A stretch of 64,000 nucleotides of DNA from an uncultured virus (IMG/VR IMGVR_UViG_3300033752_000251) (lineage: Duplodnaviria; Heunggongvirae; Uroviricota; Caudoviricetes): the IMG/VR virus record IMGVR_UViG_3300033752_000251; one strand, written 5' to 3'. Shown here piece after piece: positions 9,267 through 18,485 of the stretch (its first letter is position 1; each line of letters starts with the position of its first letter). A program made the translations under genes and the position numbers. The notes beneath the pieces were generated by a model. That model saw only the letters and a list, made by a program, of their open reading frames with translations, ran no database searches and was not told the DNA's origin.

Positions 9267-11396
9267 ATGACTAACAATCTTAGTGATCTCTTCGACGTTG
9301 AAAGAGATAGGATTAGGTCAAAGTTTAATAATCCAGGATTCTATATGAATCGTGAATTGAGTTGGATGGAGTTCAATAAAAGGGTTCTCCATCAAACTAT
9401 GAGAACTGAGGTTCCTCTTTTGGAGAGACTTAAGTTCTTGGGTATCACGGAATCGAACCTGGATGAGTTTATTATGGTTAGATTTTCATCTATCCTTAAT
9501 AAACTCAGATTGGGGTATACAGAAACGGATATTGCTGGTCTTCTCCCGGAGCAAGAATATGAACTCTTGCTCCGGGAAATTATTTCTTTCAAAGAAATCC
9601 AGCAAGAAAGCTTTGAAAAACTGAGAAAGAAACTGCGTAAAAACAATTTCACGATTTGTAAGTTCAAGCATCTCAGTGAAAAGGAAGTTGATTATGTAAG
9701 AAAGCTTTTCGAAAGAAACATTTATCCGTTGCTGACCCCGATCACCTTTGACTCAACCAAAGAATTTCCCCTTATTAAATCTAAGCAGCTATGCATAATA
9801 GCTTCTCTAGGGGACAAGAAAAATCCAAATCTGAATGTAATGTCCATCATCCCACTCCATGGTCTTGATCGTTTGTACAAGATTGAGACTGACGAGAGCG
9901 ATGAAGAACGATATATCTTGTTGGAGGATATTATCTTTAATTTTCTCCACAAGGTATTTATCAACAAGAGTATCATCTATAGGGGATGTATGAGAATCAT
10001 TCGTGAGGCGGATATTGAAATTGAGGGAAGACGGGATATTTATATTGTCGACCGAATGAGGGAAACTCTCATTAAACGGGAGTTTAGTAAACCCATCTTC
10101 ATGGATATCGACAGTGATGTTCCTAAGGAAACCCTCAAACTTCTGACCAAAATCTTCGACATTGACAAGAGGCAAGTGTTTAAATGTGAAAACATCGTAG
10201 ACATGTCGTTTCTCTTAAGTAAGCCGATAAGAAATGCGGCTTACGAGTACGACCCGTTCAACCCTCAGTATCCAGAAGATCTGATCGGCGAGCACGATAT
10301 GTTTACTGCTATCGACAACGGCGATCTCATTCTTCATCACCCTTACGAGTCGTTCACACCGGTTATCAAATTCCTCGAACATGCGGCCGAGGATAATGAT
10401 GTCTTGGCAATCAAATTGACTCTGTATAGAGTATCTTCTGCGGAGTCCCCGATTGTCGAGGCGTTGTGTAGGGCTGCTGAAAGAGGAAAGCAGGTAAGTG
10501 TTCTTCTCGAAATTAAAGCAAGGTTTGATGAGAATAGAAATATGTCGTTGATAGAAAAACTAAAAGTATCCGGCTGTAAATTGATCTATGGTATTGAGGA
10601 GTTGAAAACACATTGTAAATTTATATTGGTTGTGAGGAAAGGAAAGAAAAATCTCAAAACGTATTGCCATATCGGTACAGGAAATTACAACGACAAGACT
10701 GCGTCAATCTATACCGATATTTCCTACTTCACATCCAGCAGCAAAATAGCGGATGACCTGTTGACGATATTTAATGTCTTGTCAGGTTTCTCCGATCCCA
10801 GAGACGAAGTGAGCAAAATTTTCTATGCTCCGTACAATCTGAGATTGAGATTGTATCAGCTTATCGATCGAGAGATCGAGAATGCTCAAAAGGGTAGACA
10901 AGCTTTCATTACGTTGAAGCTTAACTCCCTTTCTGATCTGGGTATTATCAAGAAGCTGTATGAGGCCTCTGAGCAGGGTGTCAAGATATCCATTATCTGT
11001 AGAGGTATATGCTCGATGAAGAAAATCAATTCGAACATCAGCATCAAGAGTGTTGTTGGTAGATTTCTAGAGCATAGTAGAATTTACTTCTTCTACAATA
11101 ATGGAAAGTCAGATATTTTCATTTCAAGTGCTGATATGTTGACGCGGAATTTGGACAGACGGGTTGAACTTCTGGTTCCGATTACGGACGAAAATTCCAG
11201 AAATAAACTCTTGTCTATTTTGAAAATGTATTTCCGCGACACATTCAACACCTACATTCTCAATAAAGACAATCAGTACGAACTTTTGAAAAGTCCTGTT
11301 CCATTCAATGTCCAAGAGTATTTTATGGAGCAGGCTGTCAAGAGTTTCAAATTACGCAGTATGCCGATTATGTCTCTGAAGAGCAAGAGGAAATAA
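9267..11396 (+). CDS. ppk1: polyphosphate kinase 1
   Basis: NRELSWMEFNKRVL, SNLDEFIMVR, LHHPYESF, EIKARFDE, KTHCK, HIGTGNYN, GRFLEHSRI, SSADMLTRNLDRRVE. Confidence 0.95.
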   Translation: MTNNLSDLFDVERDRIRSKFNNPGFYMNRELSWMEFNKRVLHQTMRTEVPLLERLKFLGITESNLDEFIMVRFSSILNKLRLGYTETDIAGLLPEQEYELLLREIISFKEIQQESFEKLRKKLRKNNFTICKFKHLSEKEVDYVRKLFERNIYPLLTPITFDSTKEFPLIKSKQLCIIASLGDKKNPNLNVMSIIPLHGLDRLYKIETDESDEERYILLEDIIFNFLHKVFINKSIIYRGCMRIIREADIEIEGRRDIYIVDRMRETLIKREFSKPIFMDIDSDVPKETLKLLTKIFDIDKRQVFKCENIVDMSFLLSKPIRNAAYEYDPFNPQYPEDLIGEHDMFTAIDNGDLILHHPYESFTPVIKFLEHAAEDNDVLAIKLTLYRVSSAESPIVEALCRAAERGKQVSVLLEIKARFDENRNMSLIEKLKVSGCKLIYGIEELKTHCKFILVVRKGKKNLKTYCHIGTGNYNDKTASIYTDISYFTSSSKIADDLLTIFNVLSGFSDPRDEVSKIFYAPYNLRLRLYQLIDREIENAQKGRQAFITLKLNSLSDLGIIKKLYEASEQGVKISIICRGICSMKKINSNISIKSVVGRFLEHSRIYFFYNNGKSDIFISSADMLTRNLDRRVELLVPITDENSRNKLLSILKMYFRDTFNTYILNKDNQYELLKSPVPFNVQEYFMEQAVKSFKLRSMPIMSLKSKRK

Positions 11397-11472
11397 CACC
11401 TCTTGCTCTTTATTTTTTTGTGAAAAAAGCAGTAAAAACGCTGCAAGGATAGTTCCTTGCAGCGTTTGTTTA

Positions 11473-11604
11473 TTACTCCTCAGACTGTTCCTGCGGAGGA
11501 TTGATCTGGCTACGATAATTCTCTGGAATTTCGTTGTACTGAATTTTACCCTTTTCCAGCATCCACTTGTAAAGATTAAGCTTTCTTTGATCAATTCCGC
11601 TCAT
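11473..11604 (-). CDS. small XkdX/CD1375-like tail-associated protein (43 aa, not in ORF track)
   Basis: MSGIDQRKLNLYKWMLEKGKIQYNEIPENYRSQ...; GAGGTG SD; follows chaperone-like gene. Confidence 0.6.
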   Translation of the reverse strand: MSGIDQRKLNLYKWMLEKGKIQYNEIPENYRSQINPPQEQSEE

Positions 11605-11605
11605 A

Positions 11606-11905
11606 TTACAACACCTCGTTTTCTAATAATAAGCTTGTAGCATCGTCAAGAAGCTGGTTCAGACGTTGAATTTCGAGATCTTTTTCTTGTTCCGGAGTCA
11701 AAGGAGCATCAACAATCTCAAAGCTGAACTCCTTTGTCTGTGGATTAAAATACATCTCAGGTCGCTTCCCGATTTCAACCTCTGGCCATTCGGGTACTGA
11801 TGGAACCGAATACCAATTGTCGTTCGGTGGAGTGTTCGTTGTATAAGTTATCGACCTCACCCGGATTTTATCAGGGGCGATTTGTTCACCACTTACGATT
11901 GGCAT
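11606..11905 (-). CDS. putative tail fibre assembly chaperone (XkdW-like)
   Basis: PE.EIGKRPEMYFNPQTKEFSFE..D.PLTPEQ plus coiled-coil tail, typical of Firmicute phage fibre chaperones. Confidence 0.55.
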   Translation of the reverse strand: MPIVSGEQIAPDKIRVRSITYTTNTPPNDNWYSVPSVPEWPEVEIGKRPEMYFNPQTKEFSFEIVDAPLTPEQEKDLEIQRLNQLLDDATSLLLENEVL

Positions 11906-11982
11906 AAATGTATACCTCCCATTTAGATTTTAATAGATGTTTTTTTATAATTTATTTATTAAAATGTAGATGTAGTATTTTT

Positions 11983-14106
11983 TTACCACACAAGTTCGTA
12001 TTCGACATCTCTATATTTTATAATAATAGGATTTTGTGATGAAAAAGTTCCTCCTGCTTTTAATAGGGTAAAATAAGGAGAATCGCTATGTCCCACTGCT
12101 ATATATTGACCATCGGGAGAGAATGATACACCATAGCTAGTACCAGGTAATGTATAATTACTAGCTAGTTCTACATTATCTCCATTTCTTTTTAATAGAG
12201 TAAAACAAGGAGAACCCCAATGTCCTACAGCTATATATTGACCATCGGGAGAGAATGATACATCTTCGGCATTACCAGGTAATGTATAAGTACTAGCTAA
12301 TTCTACATTATCTCCATTTCTTTTTAATAGAGTAAAATAAGGAGAACCAAAATGTCCCACTGCTATATATTGACCATCGGGAGAGAATGATACACCATAG
12401 CTAGTACCAGGTAATGTATAAGTACTAGCTAATTCTACATTATCTCCATTTCTTTTTAGTAAAGTAAAATAAGGAAAACCATTATATCCTACAGCTATAT
12501 ATTGACCATCGGGAGAAAATGATACACCCAAGCCATTACTAGGTAATGTATAATTACTAGCTAGTTCTACATTATCTCCATTTCTTTTTAATAGAGTAAA
12601 ATAAGGAGAACCATGATGTCCTACAGCTATATATTGACCATCGGGAGAGAATGATACACCATAGCCACCGTCAGATAATGTATAAGTACTAGCTAATTCT
12701 ACATTATCTCCATTTCTTTTTAGTAAAGTAAAATAAGGAGAACCATAATGTGCTACAGCTATATATTTGCCATCGGGAGAGAATGATATACCTTCGGCAC
12801 CACCAGGTAATGTATAAGTACTAGCTAGTTCTACATTATCTCCATTTCTTTTTAGTAAAGTAAAATAAGGAGAACTATTATGTTCTACAGCTATATATTG
12901 ACCATCGGGAGAGAATGATACATCCAAGCTAGTAAAAGGTAATGTATAAGTACTAGCTAGTAATACTTTTTCATAATTATTCTTATAAACTAATTCTTTT
13001 ACATCTCTAAATATCTTATTACCTTTAACCTCTTCTAACTGACCATCAATTTCTTTAATAACATTTACTTTAGTTTTAATTTCGATGGCTTCTTGTACTC
13101 CATTTCTTTTTAATAGAGTAAAATAAGGAGGAGAATTAATATATCCTACAGCTATATATTGACCATCGGGAGAGAATGATACATCCATGGCGACACTAGG
13201 TAATGTATAAGTACTAGCTAGTTCTACATTATCTCCATTTCTTTTTAGTAAAGTAAAATAAGGAGAACCATAATGTGCTACAGCTATATATCGACCATCG
13301 GGAGAGAATGATACACCCAAGCCAGTACTAGGTAATGTATAAGTACTAGCTAGTTCTACATTATCTCCATTTCTTTTTAATAGAGTAAAATGAGGAGAAA
13401 CATAATGTGCTACAGCTATATATTGACCATCAGGAGAGAATGATGCATCAAAGCTATCACTAGGTAATGTATAAGTACTAGCTAGTTCTACATTATCTCC
13501 ATTTCTTTTTAGTAAAGTAAAACGAGGAGAACCAGCATGTGCTACAGCTATATATTGACCATCGGGAGAGAATGAGACAGAACGTCCAGTAGCGGATAAT
13601 GTATAAGTACTAGCTAGTTCTACATTATCTCCATTTCTTTTTAATAGAGTAAAATAAGGAGAACCATTATGTCCCACAGCTATATATTGACCATCGGGAG
13701 AGAATGCCGTACCATATCCAACATCAGGTAATGTATATTTAGTAGCTAGTTCTACATTATCTCCATTTCTTTTTAGTAAAGTAAAACCAGGAGAACCGCT
13801 ATGTCCTATAGCTATATATTGACCATCGGGAGAGAATGAGATAGAGCGTCCAGTATCGGATAATGTATAAGTACTAGCTAATTCTACATTATCTCCATTT
13901 CTTTTTAGTAAAGTAAAACGAGGAGAACCAACATGTCCTACAGCTATATATTGACCATCGGGAGAGAATGAAACACTATAGCCATAGTTAGGCAATTTAT
14001 ATGAACTAGCCGGCTCCACATTGTCATCTGTAGCAATAAATTTATTATTTAGAATATTTACTGAAACGCCTTGTCGTAGCAATTCGTGAAAATAAAGCTC
14101 TTCCAA
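11983..14106 (-). CDS. double 7-bladed WD40-like beta-propeller protein (14 x 44-aa repeats), putative receptor-binding protein
   Basis: 14 repeats of NVELASTYTLPxxxxxVSFSPDGQYIAVGHxxSPYFTLLKRNGD in two blocks of 7. Confidence 0.88.
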   Translation of the reverse strand: MEELYFHELLRQGVSVNILNNKFIATDDNVEPASSYKLPNYGYSVSFSPDGQYIAVGHVGSPRFTLLKRNGDNVELASTYTLSDTGRSISFSPDGQYIAIGHSGSPGFTLLKRNGDNVELATKYTLPDVGYGTAFSPDGQYIAVGHNGSPYFTLLKRNGDNVELASTYTLSATGRSVSFSPDGQYIAVAHAGSPRFTLLKRNGDNVELASTYTLPSDSFDASFSPDGQYIAVAHYVSPHFTLLKRNGDNVELASTYTLPSTGLGVSFSPDGRYIAVAHYGSPYFTLLKRNGDNVELASTYTLPSVAMDVSFSPDGQYIAVGYINSPPYFTLLKRNGVQEAIEIKTKVNVIKEIDGQLEEVKGNKIFRDVKELVYKNNYEKVLLASTYTLPFTSLDVSFSPDGQYIAVEHNSSPYFTLLKRNGDNVELASTYTLPGGAEGISFSPDGKYIAVAHYGSPYFTLLKRNGDNVELASTYTLSDGGYGVSFSPDGQYIAVGHHGSPYFTLLKRNGDNVELASNYTLPSNGLGVSFSPDGQYIAVGYNGFPYFTLLKRNGDNVELASTYTLPGTSYGVSFSPDGQYIAVGHFGSPYFTLLKRNGDNVELASTYTLPGNAEDVSFSPDGQYIAVGHWGSPCFTLLKRNGDNVELASNYTLPGTSYGVSFSPDGQYIAVGHSDSPYFTLLKAGGTFSSQNPIIIKYRDVEYELVW

Positions 14107-14123
14107 ATTACTTACCTCCTTTA

Positions 14124-14423
14124 TTAAGATTTTTCCCTAACTCTATATTTTCTCCCTCTACATTCGACAATAGTTGGGAAGGGGTTTGATTTAAATATAT
14201 CACTAGCCTTTAATAAGGTGAAAAGCGTGTCACGAACCGTGAATAAATTGACCAAAGGGGGAAATGACACATCATATACAATATATGATGAAATATATGA
14301 TCTTATAAGATTTAGTCCATCATCAGTATAATTGAATTTATTTTTTTTTAGTATTTTTGCTGAAGCATGTCTTTTTATTATTTCATGTAAATATAAATCT
14401 TTTATTTTAAATCCCCATATCAA
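14124..14423 (-). CDS. collapsed paralog of the propeller genes (N- and C-terminal caps with one degenerate blade); possible pseudogene
   Basis: LYLHEI..NKF..TDD...YDVSFPP...FTLLKA...IVECRGRKY matches the termini of both neighbours. Confidence 0.6.
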   Translation of the reverse strand: MIWGFKIKDLYLHEIIKRHASAKILKKNKFNYTDDGLNLIRSYISSYIVYDVSFPPLVNLFTVRDTLFTLLKASDIFKSNPFPTIVECRGRKYRVREKS

Positions 14424-16558
14424 TTAATTGTACGCATCTTATATCTTTTACCTCTATATTCAATAAAGATTGGAGGGGTTTTTGAAAAAGTTCCTCCTGC
14501 TTTTAGTAAAGTAAAATAAGGAGAACCATTATGTCCTACAGCTATATATTGACCATCAGGAGAGAATGATACACTATAGCCATCACCAGGTAATGTATAA
14601 GTACTAGCTAATTCTACATTATCTCCATTTCTTTTTAGTAAAGTAAAATAAGGAGAACCATTATGTGCTACAGCTATATATTGACCATCGGGAGAGAATG
14701 GGGCAGAGTATCCAATATTAGGTAATGTATAATTACTAGCTAATTCTACAGTATCCCCATTTCTTTTTAATAGAGTAAAATAAGGAGAACCATAATATCC
14801 TACAGCTATATATTGACCATCGGGAGAGAATGATACATTTTCGGTAGCACCAGGTAATGTATAAGTACTAGCTAGTTCTACAGTATCTCCATTTCTTTTT
14901 AATAGAGTAAAATAAGGAGAACCATAATGTCCTACAGCTATATATTGACCATCGGGAGAGAATGATACTCTCAAGCCAATATCAGGTAATGTATAATTAC
15001 TAGCTAGTTCTACATTATCTCCATTTCTTTTTAGTAAAGTAAAATGAGGAGAACCCCAATGTGCTACAGCTATATATTGACCATCGGGAGAGAATAATAC
15101 ACCATGGCCATAACTAGGTAATGTATAAGTACTAGCTAGTTCTACATTATCTCCATTTCTTTTTAATAGAGTAAAATAAGGAGAACCATAATATGCTACA
15201 GCTATATATTTACCATCAGGAGAGAATGATACACCTCCAGCATTACCAGTTAATGTATAATTACTAGCTAATTCTACATTATCTCCATTTCTTTTTAGTA
15301 AAGTAAAATAAGGAGAATCATAATGTCCTACAGCTATATATTGACCATCGGGAGAAAATGATACACCCGTGGCGATATTGGGTAATGTATAAGTATCAGC
15401 TAGTAGTACTTTTTCATAATTATTCTTATAAACTAATTCTTTTACATCTCTAAATATCTTATTACTTTTAACCTCTTTTAACTGACCATCAATTTCTTTA
15501 ATAACATTTACTTTAGTTTTAATTTCGATGGCTTCTTGTACTCCATTTCTTTTTAATAGAGTAAAATAAGGAGAACTAAAATGTCCTACAGCTATATATT
15601 GACCATCGGGAGAGAATGATACACCCGTGCCATTGCCAGGTAATGTATAAGTACTAGCTAATTCTACATTATCTCCATTTCTTTTTAGTAAAGTAAAATA
15701 AGGAGAACCATAATATCCTACAGCTATATATTGACCATCGGGAGAGAATGATACACCAAAGCCATAGTTAGATAGTGTATAAGTACTAGCTAATTCTACA
15801 TTATCTCCATTTCTTTTTAGTAAAGTAAAATAAGGAGAACCATTATGTGCTACAGCTATATATTGACCATCAGGAGAGAATGATACACCTAAGCCATCAC
15901 TAGGTAATGTATAAGTACTAGCTAGTTCTACAGTATCTCCATTTCTTTTTAATAGAGTAAAATAAGGAGAAGCATAATGCCCTACAGCTATATATTGACC
16001 ATCGGGAGAGAATGAGACAGAACGTCCAATACCAGGTAATATATAATTACTAGCTAATTCTACATTATCTCCATTTCTTTTTAGTAAAGTAAAACGAGGA
16101 GAAAGATCATATCCTACAGCTATATATTGACCATCAGGAGAGAATGATACAGAGTTTCCATTGCCAGGTAATGTATAAGTACTAGCTAATTCTACATTAT
16201 CTCCATTTCTTTTTAGTAAAGTAAAATTAGGAGAAGCAGTATGTGCTACAGCTATATATTGACCATCGGGAGAGAATGATACACCATAGCCAGTACTAGG
16301 TAATATATAATTACTAGCTAGTTTTACATTATCTCCATTTCTTTTTAATAGAGTAAAATAAGGAGAACCACTATGTCCTACAGCTATATATTGACCATCG
16401 GGAGAGAATGAGACAGAGCGTCCAGTATTAGGTAAATTATATGAACTAGCCAGCTCCACATTGTCATCTGTAGCAATAAATTCATTATTTAGCACCTCTA
16501 CAGAATCAATTTTTTTCCCAATTAACCCATGATAAATTAAATCGTTCACTTCTTTCAC
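14420..16558 (-). CDS. second double beta-propeller protein (14 x 44-aa repeats)
   Basis: same repeat unit and near-identical inter-propeller linker GVQEAIEIKTKVNVIKEIDGQL. Confidence 0.88.
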   Translation of the reverse strand: MKEVNDLIYHGLIGKKIDSVEVLNNEFIATDDNVELASSYNLPNTGRSVSFSPDGQYIAVGHSGSPYFTLLKRNGDNVKLASNYILPSTGYGVSFSPDGQYIAVAHTASPNFTLLKRNGDNVELASTYTLPGNGNSVSFSPDGQYIAVGYDLSPRFTLLKRNGDNVELASNYILPGIGRSVSFSPDGQYIAVGHYASPYFTLLKRNGDTVELASTYTLPSDGLGVSFSPDGQYIAVAHNGSPYFTLLKRNGDNVELASTYTLSNYGFGVSFSPDGQYIAVGYYGSPYFTLLKRNGDNVELASTYTLPGNGTGVSFSPDGQYIAVGHFSSPYFTLLKRNGVQEAIEIKTKVNVIKEIDGQLKEVKSNKIFRDVKELVYKNNYEKVLLADTYTLPNIATGVSFSPDGQYIAVGHYDSPYFTLLKRNGDNVELASNYTLTGNAGGVSFSPDGKYIAVAYYGSPYFTLLKRNGDNVELASTYTLPSYGHGVLFSPDGQYIAVAHWGSPHFTLLKRNGDNVELASNYTLPDIGLRVSFSPDGQYIAVGHYGSPYFTLLKRNGDTVELASTYTLPGATENVSFSPDGQYIAVGYYGSPYFTLLKRNGDTVELASNYTLPNIGYSAPFSPDGQYIAVAHNGSPYFTLLKRNGDNVELASTYTLPGDGYSVSFSPDGQYIAVGHNGSPYFTLLKAGGTFSKTPPIFIEYRGKRYKMRTIN

Positions 16559-16840
16559 CCCAATTTTTTATTAATCTATAATTTTACTCACAAACTCAAT
16601 TACAATTTGAGTTCCCGAGATTTGAGATCTCACAATTTTTTGGTTATGATGAAATAGAATTAATCATATGACATTTAAGGATATTTTTTATCTTATTATG
16701 TATCTGTTTTTGTCACGAAATTCTTATTTTTATTAATCTCTATTAACGATGGAAAAATAACTGTAATTAGGATGATATTTTTGAAGTGAATTTCAATGTA
16801 AAAAAATAAAGGATAAGGTTAAATACCTTATCCCTTATTT

Positions 16841-17590
16841 TTATTCTTCTCGCAGGAAATCTCCATCCTCATCATAAATTAAGGTTCTTGTGACTGTTTT
16901 TGTCACAGTCATACCGTCTTCTGCATAGAAGGTTATGGTTCTTGTTGTATAATTCGGAGACGACCCACCGCTAAGTTCGGTTTTTCGTGCTAATGTATTA
17001 TTTGGTCTGTAATATTCAACGATCGTGAAAATTCCATTCTCGTCTTTACCTGACCTAGAAGGAATTTCAATAATCTTCTGTTCCATCAACAGATCAGCAT
17101 ACTCTTTTGATCTGTTTTCAACTTCATCTGCAATAGCCTGGGCTTGAACAGCAATCGCCTGAGATGTTCTCTCAGGAGTCATATACTTATTACTTGCAGT
17201 TCCCTCTTCGGCTTCAGTTTTAGATGCAATGCCATAGTTCTCAACGTTTCCGAGACCTACATCTCCCTTTACGAGAGTCACTGCACCCGTCTTACCAGCA
17301 ACCGACTTCACAGGCGACAAAGCTGCAATTGCCTGGGAAGTTCTTTGTGGTGTCATGTACTTGTTACTTGCAGTTCCGGCTTCGGCTTCAGTTTTAGATG
17401 CAATACCATAGTTTTCAACATTACCAAGACCTACATCACTTTTATCAGTTCCATGTGGATTTTTAGCATCAATATGCTCTTGTACACTAAGACCGTTTGA
17501 ATCTATAATATTGGACGCTTTAGTAATTGGATGAAGCTCAACCCATCCGACACCAGGTACGTATTGTTTCTGTAGTATATTTTTTGCCAT
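16841..17590 (-). CDS. tail fibre-like protein with internal DVGLGNVENYGIASKTEAE duplication
   Basis: NPHGTDKSDVGLGNVEN and SVAGKTGAVTL fibre repeats. Confidence 0.75.
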   Translation of the reverse strand: MAKNILQKQYVPGVGWVELHPITKASNIIDSNGLSVQEHIDAKNPHGTDKSDVGLGNVENYGIASKTEAEAGTASNKYMTPQRTSQAIAALSPVKSVAGKTGAVTLVKGDVGLGNVENYGIASKTEAEEGTASNKYMTPERTSQAIAVQAQAIADEVENRSKEYADLLMEQKIIEIPSRSGKDENGIFTIVEYYRPNNTLARKTELSGGSSPNYTTRTITFYAEDGMTVTKTVTRTLIYDEDGDFLREE

Positions 17591-17807
17591 TTAAAATACC
17601 TCCGTTCTTTATATTTTGTTAATTCTCCTTATAAATACAGATAGAATAAATATTTATTACATTTTTGTTTTCCATTTAAATTTTGGTAAATATAGTTGTC
17701 TGTCTATATTATAATAGAAACTTGGCGGTCGGATGGACTTTTTAATCCATCCGACCCCAAAAAGTGTTTTTTCATTTAATTTATAGACTATTCACAAATA
17801 GATTAAA

Positions 17808-18485
17808 TTAAATTTCCTGATACCAGAAATCAGCATTTGTAGGTTCAGTACCAGAAACCACAATAGATGCAAGGTTAACAGGTTTACCATCTACTTCATT
17901 CCAATTAACATAACCCCAGGAAAGGCTTCCAGCAGTAGCCCCTGCTTTCAGCACTTTATTGTTGTTGCTGGTTCCAGTTGGAGGCACATGGAGATTACCA
18001 TCGCCAGTCGGATGTACGTACTTATTGGCGCCAGCTTCGATTCCATCGAGTTTTGCTTTATCAGCGGACGACATCAAGCCGTTATTGCTGGTAGTAGCTA
18101 CCGTTTTGTCTGCTTTTGCATTCCATGCAGCTTTTTCTGCATCAGTTACAAAACGGTGAGTCGAATCTTGAGTGATATCCGAAGCGACATGTTGATGCTC
18201 TTTAGGAGCAGCAAACGCATCAATTGCTTGCTTAACTCTCGCAGGGGTCATGTATTTATTATTTGCTGTTCCGGCTTCAGCATCAGCTTGAGAAGCGATA
18301 CCGTAGTTTTCAACATTATCAAGACCAACGTCACCTTTAACCAGTGTAACTGCACCGGTTTTACCTGCAACAGATTGTACAGGGGAAGTCGGAGTCAAAA
18401 GTCCGTTGCCATAAGTGACGGAATACCAGTTGTTATCCGCCGGAGTTGAACGAATCGTCCAGTTTATACCATCGGGAGAAGTCAT
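17808..18485 (-). CDS. orphaned C-terminal part of tail fibre fused to a short TSPDGINWT-repeat fragment
   Basis: shares the 75-bp repeat with 18886..21039; GLMSSADKAKLDGIEAGANKYVHP fibre motifs. Confidence 0.7.
   Translation of the reverse strand: MTSPDGINWTIRSTPADNNWYSVTYGNGLLTPTSPVQSVAGKTGAVTLVKGDVGLDNVENYGIASQADAEAGTANNKYMTPARVKQAIDAFAAPKEHQHVASDITQDSTHRFVTDAEKAAWNAKADKTVATTSNNGLMSSADKAKLDGIEAGANKYVHPTGDGNLHVPPTGTSNNNKVLKAGATAGSLSWGYVNWNEVDGKPVNLASIVVSGTEPTNADFWYQEI
18328..18402. repeat. 75-bp perfect direct repeat, copy 1
   Basis: identical to 20360-20434; encodes LLTPTSPVQSVAGKTGAVTLVKGDV on - strand. Confidence 0.92.

Larger units (their letters stand above)
11983..16558 (-). repeat. 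28 copies of a 132-bp coding tandem repeat in four blocks of seven
   Basis: recurrent TTCTACATTATCTCCATTTCTTTT and CAGCTATATATTGACCATCGGGAGAGAATG at 132-nt period. Confidence 0.95.

Noticed and set aside
11983..16558. CRISPR array interpretation of the periodic repeats
   Set aside because: Repeats are in-frame 132-bp coding units without unique spacers; no cas genes
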